Notes: generated by a model from the sequence alone, not told the origin. A DNA stretch of 47,940 nt from Barthelona sp. PAP020 (GCA_040182905.1 JARQWU010000050.1:1-47940), one strand, 5' to 3'; shown: positions 28,302 to 39,673, counted from the stretch's first letter. Numbers and translations: made by a program.

Positions 28302-30020
28302 ATGAAGGCATATGGATCTTGTTATTTATTTGTGGAAGAATCATTGTATTCTCCAGTATATTTTCAAAATATGTATTATGAATTTGAATTAGAAATGAAA
28401 TCATCAGTTATTTCTTCAAATAATGATATTGAAGGAAAAATATATTGTAAAATTGGGGATGTTAATGGATTAAAATTGGATACTTTTGAAATATCTTTTA
28501 AACAATTGATCAAAATTGGAAAAATGAAAAATTATAAGAGTTTTTTATTGCATTCCGTTGAATTACATCCAAAACTTTTGCCTGGGTTAACTGTGATTTC
28601 ATTTAAAGTTGATAAGATTTATTGTTTGCCATTTTTAAATGTTTGTTCGTATAATGATTCAAACATTAATTTAATTAGTGCAAAGACGTGCCTCTCGATC
28701 AAAATTAATGACAGTGTCAATGATATCCCAATTAAAAAAGCAAACAAACACACATATTTAAAAGCACCTAAGGTTCCACGCCTAAAAGTGAAAACTTTAC
28801 CGAATTATAAAAACAACAGATCAAATTTATATTCATTAGAATTGAATTCTTGTGATTTGTCAGGTCAATTACGAACATTCAACAATTCAGGAAACTTTTG
28901 TCATGGAGTTGAAGCTACTATTATTTCTACTGTAAAACCTTTTTTTGAAACCAAAGCCCTATTTAATCTATATATTCAAGTTGGTGACAAGTTTTGCGAT
29001 TTCACTTTGAATTATAAGGACCTTTTTTTGTCTGAGGAGCATATGCTTACTGAACCGCATGTTAATTTGTCATTTCAGATTCCTTTAATTCCATATTTTT
29101 ACTTTCATGATTTATCATGCAAAATTATGGTTGAAATCATCATTGATGGAAGTATTGTAGCTGTAGATTCGATTGTTCCATCAAATCAAACGTCATTTAC
29201 GGATGAATCAGAGGATGTACATGTTCTTTTACAAAGTGACAAGTGTATTCCTCAAAGCGATGCAATTCTTGGTTCTTCTATTCTTAGTAGCACCAGCACT
29301 GGTTCATTAATGGTGAATAGCTTTGACATTAACAGCTTATATGGAACAATGACCTCAATGTCAGAAAATGAAGAAGTAAATTTTCCTGGTTTTGATCATG
29401 AAGCAAGAAATGAACATGTCAATAAAGTACACAACACACCAATAACGGCAGCTAAGATGAATTTTTTTGATTCTTTTGAAACGGAATCAATTTTGGGCAA
29501 AGAAGAGAGTTTGGATGATGTTTGGTCGAATATTAATGATATATATGAATCACCTTCTACTATCGTCAATCATCGACCATTTTTGGAAGAAGAATCAGAA
29601 TTACAAGAGGTGTTTGGCAAGTATCCAACCACTGATGTGAGACAATTGTTCGAAATTATCTCTACTTTAGATAGTAGATTGGAAAAAATTCGAAATGAGC
29701 ATAAAACGTTGATTAAAACACATCAAGAATTGATTTTTGACAATGATGAATTGAAAACAGAATTGCATGCGTCAAAGAAAAGAGAAAAATATTTGATGAG
29801 TCAAATTGAAGAGATGAGAAATAATTTGGCACATTTTGAAGCTGAATCTGATGATAAAATTGAAAAGTTGGAAGAAATTTCAAGTGATTTGATGAGCAGA
29901 TTAAAAGAGTCTCAAAAAAGTGAAAATGATTTATTAATTAAGAATGAAAAGTTATTGGGAGAATTGATATTGTTAAAAAATAATTGGAATAGTTTCCTCA
30001 ATAATTTAGAGAGTTTTTAG
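28302..30020 (+). CDS. Hypothetical protein: beta-rich (possibly arrestin-like) N-terminus, acidic/Ser linker, C-terminal coiled coil
   Basis: 572-aa ORF. FELEMKSSVISSNNDIEGKIYCKI...LLPGLTVISFKVDKIYCLP loosely fits an arrestin-N pattern; heptads run from about aa 445. Confidence 0.65.
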   Translation: MKAYGSCYLFVEESLYSPVYFQNMYYEFELEMKSSVISSNNDIEGKIYCKIGDVNGLKLDTFEISFKQLIKIGKMKNYKSFLLHSVELHPKLLPGLTVISFKVDKIYCLPFLNVCSYNDSNINLISAKTCLSIKINDSVNDIPIKKANKHTYLKAPKVPRLKVKTLPNYKNNRSNLYSLELNSCDLSGQLRTFNNSGNFCHGVEATIISTVKPFFETKALFNLYIQVGDKFCDFTLNYKDLFLSEEHMLTEPHVNLSFQIPLIPYFYFHDLSCKIMVEIIIDGSIVAVDSIVPSNQTSFTDESEDVHVLLQSDKCIPQSDAILGSSILSSTSTGSLMVNSFDINSLYGTMTSMSENEEVNFPGFDHEARNEHVNKVHNTPITAAKMNFFDSFETESILGKEESLDDVWSNINDIYESPSTIVNHRPFLEEESELQEVFGKYPTTDVRQLFEIISTLDSRLEKIRNEHKTLIKTHQELIFDNDELKTELHASKKREKYLMSQIEEMRNNLAHFEAESDDKIEKLEEISSDLMSRLKESQKSENDLLIKNEKLLGELILLKNNWNSFLNNLESF

Positions 30021-30353
30021 TCTTTGATGTTTCAAATTATATCATTGTAAAGGAAATGAGGATCATAATATTATGATAAATATTTTACTTTGAATTTTTT
30101 TTTGTCTTTTTGAAAATGAAAAATTCTTGTTTTTAAATTTCTCAAAATTGAATGATGTTATTCGGTTGCATTATAAATATTTTACTGTAATTTATAAAAA
30201 ACAAAACTTTTTTATCATGGATAATAAAAAAAATCTCTTAAAATAGTGTTTGATAAAGAAAATTTTTTTTTTAGACTTTTATATGGCTTTGAAATTGCAA
30301 CAAATATAAATTTTGTTGATTAATAGAAATAGAAAGGAAAAAAACACAATAGA

Positions 30354-33300
30354 ATGGTTAAAATTAGTTTAATATTGTTTGAATTTTTACAATTTGAGAA
30401 TGTTTTGAATGATGAATGGATACACGAACGAACTTCAAGATTTGTCACAATAAAAAAAGAATATTTACCAAATATTGAAAATGGTACCATTGTGTATAAT
30501 TTTTGCAAACAAATTTCAAAGAAATACAGTTGGGATTCAATTGGAATTCCAAACATTAAAAATTTGACCACACCCGCTGCTAAATTGTACAATTGGAAAC
30601 ATTTGATTGAAGTTTTATATCAAATGTTTCATATTCAGGTGGAAGAGTTTGTATTGGACTTAATTGTTTCCGGAGATCTTGATATTGTTGTTGAATTGTT
30701 GAATGAGATGAAGAATGTTGTTGAAAAACGTTTAACTATCAGGAAAAAATTGAATTTGGATGATGATATACCAAATACACCAAATTTTCATACAATTGAC
30801 ACGTATGAAAACGTTGACATTTTTGAACGGGTTGGTTTGTTTGAAGAGATTGATTGTCCACCAATTGAAGATGTGTCCAGTGTTTTGGACATGTTAATTG
30901 TATCTTTAAGCACGAATTTGAATTTAACATCCACTCAAGCGTTGTATTCATTGACTGTTAAATTGACTGGTTTAAGATTTGTTTTGGAACATGGTGTTCA
31001 AGGGTCAATAATTCCTGTTATTAATTTTTTAACGACTTTAAATGAGCATGTTGATATTTTAACTAGGTATATTAATGTTGAATCTTCAACAATATTGGTG
31101 TTTTTAGCAAATTTGCTTTGTGCATGTTTTTCATCAAAACATGTTGAAATAGTATCTACCAGTACTGTTTTTATGTTAGAATTAGTTTTGAGATTGAATA
31201 AGAGCCAATTGAAAGTAATATATGATTGGTTGATGAATACAAATGAATATATGCCTTTTACCATTTTATTAACGGCTATGTATTCCATGGAATTGAACAC
31301 ATATGTATTGAATTTGATTTCAGCAATTACTTTTAATTATACTGATCATTTTTTGGATTGTAATTTTTTGAATAAATATTTTCTATCTGTAGCTCAATTG
31401 ATGGATTTTATTCATTTAATTATTCCTGTTTATAAACAATATATGATTATAAAGTGCAATATTAACAACATTTTGAATTTTTGTATTCATCAAGTTTCTA
31501 CAACAAATTGGATTCCAACAAAAGCTTCAGGTTTGCAATGTTTAACCACAATATTAGTCAATTATCATGAAATTGATGGTGAAACATTGATAGACATTAT
31601 TGATTTTATTGACAAGAATTTTCCTTTCAATATTGTAAATGATTTTGATCGAATGTTGAGCATGATATGCATATCTTCATTGATAAAGATTTATTCAATG
31701 GAAATAGGACTGGGAGTTGGTGAAGTTAGGATTGAAAAGAAACGTGATGATGACAAATTGTCTGCAAATATTTTTTTCATCATCATTCAAAAATTGTTGT
31801 TGTTGTATCATGATTCCATTTTTAAGGATCATGTGTTGTTATTATTGATACCCATAATTCAATCAAATTCAGTCTATTCATTAAATTCCCTTCCACAAAT
31901 GAATGTTATTGCGCCTTTTCATTTATTGATTGTATTATTACATACAATGATTCGAATTGACATTTTAGGTGAGGCAGAAATTGATATTTTACATACTTTA
32001 ACCAATAGATGTGATATAATGGATGAAGAAGATAGTTTAATGTTATTTCAGATATATGTAAAAATTTTCACAAATAATTCCAGATTTATTTCTTTAATTA
32101 TTAATGATTTAATACATTTACTCAGTATTCATATCAATTCACCGAAAATATTGATTGAAACAAAAGAATTTATTTCTTTTTTGTTAGTGAGAATTCAAAA
32201 TTGTACTTCTGATGATATTCAAATTGATTTTACACTAGATTTATTATTTCGTATCATATTTATGAAGAATTCTAGTTTAAATGAAGAATTTGCCAACATT
32301 CCATTGTCTTATATTCAATCATCCAAAAATATAAAGTTTTTAAAAAAGTTTTTTGATGGAAAAGTTAAATATGAGTTTCCTCCTGTTATTAATATGAGTG
32401 CTTATGATTCGATGAAACCTACACCACCAGTGACATTTGATTTTCTTCAAATATGGCAAACCGAACCAAATTCAATTAACATTTCTCCCAATCATCTTGA
32501 CCATAGGATTAAACCGTTCGGTGAAACAAGAGATTTTAAAAAATTACATTTAAAAGTGAAAATTAACTTTAACAAGATTAAATGGGTTACTTTGATGTTT
32601 AATATGCAATTTATTGAGTCAATTATTTCAAAACAAGGCAAGAACTACCCATCTAAAAATCTTTTTCAAAAAATAAAAAAGAAAGACTCCAAACAAATAC
32701 GTAAACAAAGAATAGAAGAATTGAAACGCATAAAAGAGGGAAGAAAGACAAAAATTGAGATGTTAAACAAACACAATGAAGCAAAACAGAGAAGAGAGGA
32801 TGATATTAAGCGAAAGCTCGAAAAAATAAGACATAAGAGATTGAAAGAACATAAATTAAGAAGCAAGCACATAAAATTGACATTTAATGAAGTGAATGAT
32901 CATCTAATTATTGATGATGAAAAGATAGTTGCTAGACCTTTTCCTTTTGATGATTCTGAACGAATTTGGTTGATTAAAAATGAAGAAGATAAGAAATTTG
33001 AATTTTTACTCAGATTACAAGAAAAATTACAAGAACGTGAGCAAAGATTGATGGAAAATGAAGAATATTTGGGTTTAGAATTAACAAAAATGAAAAGGTC
33101 AATCTCGAAAATGAATGATTATAGAGAAAATGAAGATGCTTCGTTAGCTTCAAAGTTAAAGAATTCAAATCAACTTGATGTGGAAAAGAAAGAACCAAAA
33201 AAAGCATTTGAAGTCAAATTGCAGGCATATGAAAGACACAAAAAGAAAATCGAAGAACAAGAAAAAGAAATGAGAAGAAAACATTTAGAAGAAAGAAAGC

Positions 33301-34241
33301 GAAAGGAAAAAGAGCATCAAAAGCGAAGAGAAGAAATAATGGATGAAATGAATAAGAGACGAAAAGAAATAGAGAATGAACGTGAAAAAAAGTATAAAGA
33401 AGAAAGACTTGAAAAACAACGACGAACTGTCATCAATGAAAGGAAAAAAGAAGAACTTCAAAACTTAAGATTGAAATGGCAACAAGATGCTGAAAGACAA
33501 AGGAAGAAATTTGAAGAAAAACAAAGAAAGATTTCAAATAAAAAGGAGAAACAATTGAATAAAATAAAAGAAAAGGATTATGAGAGAATAAAAACATACA
33601 AACAAAGAAAACATGAAGAAAAAATAATGAATGTTCGGAGTGAAGAAGAAAGATGTTTAATGAAAGAAGCGGAAGAAATAACTTGGAAACGTGAAAGAAT
33701 TGAACGTAAGAAAGAAAGAGATGAACTTCAAAAAATTCTTGAAAAGAAATCAAAAGTTTATTTAAAAAAAGTAAAAGAAAAGAATGATTTAAAGTTGAAA
33801 CGAAAATTGCATGAACAACAACTCAAAAATCAAAGAGAAATGAGAGAAGCACAAATAATTGAAGAAGCTATGGATAGAATAACAAAAGACAATTCTTATG
33901 TACAAAAAAGGCAAGCTGAAAAACGGGAAAATCATATGATGGCTTTGAATGAAAAATTTTCAATTATGCGAGAAGATTTTGAACACAAGAAATATATTTT
34001 ACAATCTCCTGTTCGTAACAAGCACAGAAGAGTTGTTTCCTCCAAAAGATCATCAAAATTGAATGGTTCAATTGAAAGAAGAAAAAAATTGAAAATCAAT
34101 TCGAATGATTCTGTTGTTTTGGAAAAAATTAGTTTTGACTCTTATCCTGTTGGGAGTGATGATAGTTCAACCAAAGTTAGTTCAGACAGAGAAATTGTTG
34201 AACTTGATGAAGTAATTGATGAGAGTGATGAAAATGTTTAA
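30354..34241 (+). CDS. Large protein: N-terminal Spef1/CH_2-like calponin-homology domain, helical middle, highly charged coiled-coil tail
   Basis: IENGTIV...AAKLYNWKHLIEVL...LIVSGDLDIVVELL fits the CH_2 pattern; K/E/R-rich region from about aa 775 to 1210. Confidence 0.75.
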   Translation: MVKISLILFEFLQFENVLNDEWIHERTSRFVTIKKEYLPNIENGTIVYNFCKQISKKYSWDSIGIPNIKNLTTPAAKLYNWKHLIEVLYQMFHIQVEEFVLDLIVSGDLDIVVELLNEMKNVVEKRLTIRKKLNLDDDIPNTPNFHTIDTYENVDIFERVGLFEEIDCPPIEDVSSVLDMLIVSLSTNLNLTSTQALYSLTVKLTGLRFVLEHGVQGSIIPVINFLTTLNEHVDILTRYINVESSTILVFLANLLCACFSSKHVEIVSTSTVFMLELVLRLNKSQLKVIYDWLMNTNEYMPFTILLTAMYSMELNTYVLNLISAITFNYTDHFLDCNFLNKYFLSVAQLMDFIHLIIPVYKQYMIIKCNINNILNFCIHQVSTTNWIPTKASGLQCLTTILVNYHEIDGETLIDIIDFIDKNFPFNIVNDFDRMLSMICISSLIKIYSMEIGLGVGEVRIEKKRDDDKLSANIFFIIIQKLLLLYHDSIFKDHVLLLLIPIIQSNSVYSLNSLPQMNVIAPFHLLIVLLHTMIRIDILGEAEIDILHTLTNRCDIMDEEDSLMLFQIYVKIFTNNSRFISLIINDLIHLLSIHINSPKILIETKEFISFLLVRIQNCTSDDIQIDFTLDLLFRIIFMKNSSLNEEFANIPLSYIQSSKNIKFLKKFFDGKVKYEFPPVINMSAYDSMKPTPPVTFDFLQIWQTEPNSINISPNHLDHRIKPFGETRDFKKLHLKVKINFNKIKWVTLMFNMQFIESIISKQGKNYPSKNLFQKIKKKDSKQIRKQRIEELKRIKEGRKTKIEMLNKHNEAKQRREDDIKRKLEKIRHKRLKEHKLRSKHIKLTFNEVNDHLIIDDEKIVARPFPFDDSERIWLIKNEEDKKFEFLLRLQEKLQEREQRLMENEEYLGLELTKMKRSISKMNDYRENEDASLASKLKNSNQLDVEKKEPKKAFEVKLQAYERHKKKIEEQEKEMRRKHLEERKRKEKEHQKRREEIMDEMNKRRKEIENEREKKYKEERLEKQRRTVINERKKEELQNLRLKWQQDAERQRKKFEEKQRKISNKKEKQLNKIKEKDYERIKTYKQRKHEEKIMNVRSEEERCLMKEAEEITWKRERIERKKERDELQKILEKKSKVYLKKVKEKNDLKLKRKLHEQQLKNQREMREAQIIEEAMDRITKDNSYVQKRQAEKRENHMMALNEKFSIMREDFEHKKYILQSPVRNKHRRVVSSKRSSKLNGSIERRKKLKINSNDSVVLEKISFDSYPVGSDDSSTKVSSDREIVELDEVIDESDENV

Positions 34242-34814
34242 TCGAATATTTGCGAGAATGAACCAAAAAATTTCTATTGATTCAAATGACAAAAAACAGA
34301 TTTTATTCTGAATGAATTTCAAGTTTTTTTTTTTTATCTTGTGTATTTAAAAACCCCAAAAAGAGGATAATTTTTTTTTCTATCCCTCGTGTAAACGTAA
34401 ACATGTACAAAATATTTTTCTTCAATCAAGCTTTTCTTAAAATCTTCACATTTGAGTGTGATAAGCAATAGATCTTGACAGTTATCCTGCATTTTCGTTT
34501 TTATATTGTGGTTTGATAATATTGCTTACAAAATTGCGCAGTCATCCAAAATGTTTAAGTTAGATCTTTCTTATGGCTCTCTTGTAAACTTAAGTTGGGG
34601 TTAGCAATATTCATCAAAATTTTCTTCTTTACATTTATTATTTCAAAAGGTTGCAAGTATTCTCCACTCCTTCAATCAAAGAGATTTTCCTCAAGTTTAA
34701 GCTTGAGGGTTTGAAAATCTTGAGCAATGTGAAAAAAGAAAACTATTTATCATTTTATGCATGAAAAACAATAAATTAACCAAAACAATGAAAGCTGAGG
34801 CAAAAAAAAAGCTA

Positions 34815-35156
34815 TTATTTAAATTTGAAAATTAGATAGATTATGAACATGATCAGAAACAAAATTACGCCACCAATAAGTATTTGTTTAGTTGACCATT
34901 CTTGTATAACCTTACCAAGCTTCTTTTGAGCATTTTTTGTACCCTTAACAATTGATTGAAATGTTTTTCTTGCTTGTAATACTGCATTTTCATATGTGTC
35001 AAGTGTGTTTCCCATGTTATTACCAACGTCTCGAAGATGCTTTACATTTTTATGAAGATCTTCAATCAAAACATCATTCAATTGTTCTTCTTCAATTTCT
35101 TCTTCATTTAAATCTACATCACCAAACAATAAAAATCTATTCTTATCTTCAACCAT
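34815..35156 (-). CDS. Tail-anchored Qc-SNARE, Bet1-like
   Basis: NDVLIEDLHKNVKHLRDVGNNMGNTL SNARE heptads, C-terminal TM ILIGGVILFLIMFIIYLIF, 113 aa. Confidence 0.8.
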   Translation of the reverse strand: MVEDKNRFLLFGDVDLNEEEIEEEQLNDVLIEDLHKNVKHLRDVGNNMGNTLDTYENAVLQARKTFQSIVKGTKNAQKKLGKVIQEWSTKQILIGGVILFLIMFIIYLIFKFK

Positions 35157-35690
35157 GGAACAAAAAAAAATCTGAAAGATGTGTTTTTATCTGAGTGCTT
35201 GAGGTTCGGACCAAATGAAAATCCAGTTTTCTATCATTATTTGAACAATTTGACACATGAGGGACATGTTAGGAGAAGCAAAATTGGCTATTCATGAAAA
35301 CTAACTTGAATGGTGAAACAATGAGAACTGGGCAGGATTTTTTTTCAAATAATTTATGAAGAAACTAAAATGAACTAAAAAAATAACCTATAGATGAAAA
35401 AATAAAAACACATTACCTTTTATATGACACATAAAACATTCAAATTCTTAAAAGTGCATCTGTGATTTGGCAAAAGAAAAAAACCAACAAGCATATTTTG
35501 TTGCTTTGTGTGAACTTACAAAGTTTTTAAAAGGCATAGAATGAGCAAATTAAACTTGAAGTTGAGCAAAATGTTTAAAGTGAAATTGCCACACAAAATA
35601 TATCAGCAATGTGAATATTATAACACACAAGGTACTGTCAATAAACTTAAATAAGGTCAAATAATTGGAAATAAAACCAAATACCTTTGA

Positions 35691-36896
35691 TTAGTCATCA
35701 TCATCGCTTATATCATCACAATGTTCATTCATAAACTCATGCATGTTACCACCATTATTTTTGTTGAAGTCAACCAAATCCCAACAAGTATCAAGAATCA
35801 TATTGTATTCCTCTTCATTCACATAAATTCCTGCAGCAACCAATTCTCTAATCTTTTGAGTACTCATATTCATAGCAATAAGATTCGAAACTACATTACC
35901 ATCACCTTTTGATAATTCAATGAGTGCCAATTTTTGTGAATGATAATAATCAGATTCGATTGAATATATCTTGATAGTTCTATCTTCACACGATCCACAT
36001 GTCAACTGTTTACCATCAGGTGATATAGCAAAAGAAAAAAATCTGCGTTCACAACCACAATGAAGCATTTGAATCTCCTGATAGCTGTCTATATTGTATG
36101 CAGTAATATATCCATCACCAGCCATTATAAACAAGATGTTGGGTGTTAAAAAATGAAGAGCCCATACTTCACCACCAAGATTAAATGAGTGAAGAAGAGA
36201 TCCATTATCAAAGTTCCAGAGTTTGACTTTATTTGATTGATCACTCGCACAAATAATCCTTTTGGTTAGATTAAAGTCAATAGCATTAACCTCTGCATGA
36301 TGTTTAAATGTGCGAATGACGGAAAAATTGTCAGGGTCAACTAATTTGGCGCTTTTATCTTCACTGCCAGTAAAAAGATATTTCCCATCTGATGAAAGTT
36401 TTATAGCCCAAATACACCTAGAATGAATTCTCTCTTTCAATACAACAGCACAGCTATCTATATCCCACTTTTTAAGAGCGCCATAACCATCACCAGAAAA
36501 AATATAATTAGAACAACAGGAAAAACAAATTCCAAACAGATTGGCATCAGTGCTCATTCTCCCCAAAATAGATAAATCTGGAAAACTGTAGACAATAATA
36601 GTCTTGTCAAGGGAACATGTTGCCATTCTTTGTCCATTGGGTGAAAATACAACACCAAAAATACTGTATTCATGATCTTTCAAACTTCGATATAATCTTC
36701 CAGTTTCCACATTGATTACATGTGTATTTCCATTATCACTACCAATTACTAGCCACTTACCATCTGCAGAGTATTCACAATCATGCATGGGACCCAAAAC
36801 ATTTCCAATTATTTTCATACTACTTTTGTTAATTTTGTGATAGAGCATTCCATTAATATTTTTTTCCATCAAATCAACATTTGATTCGGCAGACAT
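35691..36896 (-). CDS. WD40-repeat beta-propeller protein with the same C-terminal module as the ankyrin protein 1019-2509
   Basis: About 7 WD-like repeats (YSADGKWLVIGS, HEYSIFGVVFSPNGQRMATCSLDKTI, LKKWD, LSSDGKYLFTGSEDK, VKLWN, ISPDGKQLTCGS). Probable ATG at 36896; an upstream in-frame ATG at 36959 is also possible. Confidence 0.92.
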   Translation of the reverse strand: MSAESNVDLMEKNINGMLYHKINKSSMKIIGNVLGPMHDCEYSADGKWLVIGSDNGNTHVINVETGRLYRSLKDHEYSIFGVVFSPNGQRMATCSLDKTIIVYSFPDLSILGRMSTDANLFGICFSCCSNYIFSGDGYGALKKWDIDSCAVVLKERIHSRCIWAIKLSSDGKYLFTGSEDKSAKLVDPDNFSVIRTFKHHAEVNAIDFNLTKRIICASDQSNKVKLWNFDNGSLLHSFNLGGEVWALHFLTPNILFIMAGDGYITAYNIDSYQEIQMLHCGCERRFFSFAISPDGKQLTCGSCEDRTIKIYSIESDYYHSQKLALIELSKGDGNVVSNLIAMNMSTQKIRELVAAGIYVNEEEYNMILDTCWDLVDFNKNNGGNMHEFMNEHCDDISDDDD

Positions 36897-37719
36897 GACG
36901 ATTAAAACAAAAGATGAAAAAAAAAAAGTACTGCCAGTTTTTTCTTCCGTCTTCGCCATTTTGGAAATGCAAATTCGATAAAGCACTTCAATAAAGGATT
37001 CTTTGAGATTTTTCGATAATGTAATAACGTTAAACTAGAATTTATTGAGTTCACGATTCAATTATCCACATATTCATTACTATTCATTAAAATATAAAAA
37101 AAAAATTTGTGTTTCTAATAAAATAATATGTTTTATATCGTTTATAATTTGCAAAACTCCATCGACATCAAGCAAAAAATTCAAATATTATAATCTGGAG
37201 GTTTGTGCTCTGTTTTAGAGATTGTATAGTGGCAAATTAATGTTGTTATTTCCAAAGACAATGTCTTCACGTCAAATACTACTGATACTTAATGATTAAA
37301 GAAAGTAATTTGCTGAAATTTTGTTCGCTGTTACTTCAATAAATGTTATTTGTGGCAATTAAATACCCGAGGAATAGACATTTTGACAAGCAATGTAATT
37401 TGCAAGTAAATAAAAATCAATATTTATTTTTAATTCATCATCTTAAGAATTAGTTTGAGAAAGGTTTGAAAGACATTTGGAACAAAGAGAAGACAATTTT
37501 TGAAAAATGGAATAAAGGGTAAAATATACATGAACTGGAAGGAACTCAGCAAGATTCTCTCAACCCAATCATCAACTGAAGCTCAAATAATTCTACATAT
37601 TAGGTAAAAGGTGGTTTCGTATTGTCAGTGAAGCTATTTTGGGTGCAAATCTTTTCTTTCAATGTGAAAATCCAAAAAAAAAAAATTGTTTGAAAAATAT
37701 TCATTTACTTACAGTACAA

Positions 37720-39381
37720 TTATGTCATCAAAGGATCAGGAAACATCGTATCATTGGTTGTTTCCAACAACTCAGAAGATAATTCGGAAGATTTTACAGT
37801 TTCTGGAAGAGATTCTAGGAATTTGCCAAATTCTTCGACTTCATTCACTATTTCTTTCACTGTGGTTGAATTATAGGGTAATGGTTGACCAACAAATGAT
37901 GGATCTTCAACAGACAAATAATTCTTATAATCAGACATATTAGGCGTTAGACTGTCATTCATACTCTCTTCATAGTTTTTTTTAAAAGTGTTTCTTGGTT
38001 GTCTTTCCATTTCCTCCAGTTTGGCTCTGAGTCTGGCATTTTCTTTCTCTAATTCAATATTTTGCTTTGTTTGAACAGATTCACTCGGAAAAATAACTCT
38101 TGAATTTTCTTCGATTTCCAATCTATTTCGATCAATTAAAGATTGAGGTTTCTGTGTGCCAATTTCTGCTTGAATACTTTCATTTGCAAGTTGAGTTTCC
38201 ATAATCACATTGTTTTGAAGTTTGTTGGTATCAATTCTAATGGGCTTTAGCATAGGCTTGTTATTCATTGTTGAAACAGTATTCATATCAATAACTTGAG
38301 TTTGTTGAGTTTGTTGCTCATTAAATTTTTTGAAACTTTCAAGATTTTCAAGATTTTCCAATCTTCCAAGCTTATTTTTTAAAATGTTTGCTGGTATTTT
38401 TTCCAGATTATTGATATTGATTGGTTTTTGACCACTACTGACTAATTCTTCTAATTCTCGGTAAGACTTTAACAATTCAGTAATCATTTCATCTTTCCAT
38501 GAGGATTCTTTTTTTGTTTCATCTGTCATTGTCTCTACATTTATACCCTTTTTCTTCTTTTCCAAAAGGTCATCCAATAATTCTTTAGTCTGTCCACTTT
38601 CCTTTTCTATTTGTTGAATTTCTTGTTTTTTTTGATGATACAATTTCTTTAGCTTTTTGTACTTGCTTTTAACAGAATCTAGATCTTCAACAGTTTCCAT
38701 AATATTAATCAACTTTTCATCTACCAAGGGAGAACGATCAATCGTATTTAAAAGCTTCATACGTTCCTCTTTAGCAAATTTAGCTTCATTATTAACACCT
38801 GAATGATTCTTTAAAGAATTTTGAATTTGAATTTCGGCACAAAATTGTGGAAATTGCTTTATTAGTTCAACTTTTGTCAAAGTATTTATTTGAACTTTTA
38901 AGTGATCCATTGTTTGGGTTTGTTGATGATGTAAATGCTTTAAATGTGATAATTCTTGTTCAAGAGAAGATAATTCTTGTCTTGTAATAGTTGCGTAAAG
39001 AATATCTAATTCATTAAAATACTTTTCAACAATATTGGTGACTTCTTTTTTTTTTTTTTCAACTAATAATTTTAAATCCTCATGATCTTTCTTTTTATTA
39101 ACAATTACAGCTTCTATTTGGTGCATATCATGTGTAATTACATTGGTTTGAGGATCAAGCTGCTGCAATCTAATATTTAATTCATTCTTTCTTGTTTCAT
39201 ATAAATTATTAACAGATGTTTGTAACTCCCTGTCTTGTTCAATATATTTATTCGTAGTATTAAATGCAAATGGTGGTGATTGAGATTGAGAATTTAAATT
39301 TGGTTTAAGACTAGAATTATACGAGTCACCATTTAAATTAACATCCAATTCTTGTATTGGTGAATAATATGTCGAAAACAT
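37720..39381 (-). CDS. Hypothetical coiled-coil protein
   Basis: 553-aa ORF rich in E/K/Q/L heptads; no catalytic motif recognised. Confidence 0.75.
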   Translation of the reverse strand: MFSTYYSPIQELDVNLNGDSYNSSLKPNLNSQSQSPPFAFNTTNKYIEQDRELQTSVNNLYETRKNELNIRLQQLDPQTNVITHDMHQIEAVIVNKKKDHEDLKLLVEKKKKEVTNIVEKYFNELDILYATITRQELSSLEQELSHLKHLHHQQTQTMDHLKVQINTLTKVELIKQFPQFCAEIQIQNSLKNHSGVNNEAKFAKEERMKLLNTIDRSPLVDEKLINIMETVEDLDSVKSKYKKLKKLYHQKKQEIQQIEKESGQTKELLDDLLEKKKKGINVETMTDETKKESSWKDEMITELLKSYRELEELVSSGQKPININNLEKIPANILKNKLGRLENLENLESFKKFNEQQTQQTQVIDMNTVSTMNNKPMLKPIRIDTNKLQNNVIMETQLANESIQAEIGTQKPQSLIDRNRLEIEENSRVIFPSESVQTKQNIELEKENARLRAKLEEMERQPRNTFKKNYEESMNDSLTPNMSDYKNYLSVEDPSFVGQPLPYNSTTVKEIVNEVEEFGKFLESLPETVKSSELSSELLETTNDTMFPDPLMT

Positions 39382-39673
39382 AATTTCAATAACAAATGAA
39401 AAAAATGGCGAAATAAAATTTTAAACTTTGAATAAGATGATCCCTTCAAACTCCAATATTGGTTGAATGAATATAGTTGTGTGTAAAATAATGATGGTAT
39501 TCAAATATTTAATAGAGGAAATCCTTTTGATGATTCTTCTTTCAAAGCTTCTTCTTTGAATTTGAAAGTATTTATTCCACTAAACACGCAAAAAAAAATA
39601 AAATTTAATCTTAATTTACAAAATTCAAACAAAAATTACACAATTGATTGAATACAGTTGCTGAATAATTGAC

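Noticed and set aside
24954..36896. DDB1 and the WD40 gene as a linked CRL4-DCAF gene cluster
   Set aside because: They are about 7.5 kb apart with unrelated genes between, the WD40 has no WDxR motif, and proximity in a compact eukaryotic genome is weak evidence.
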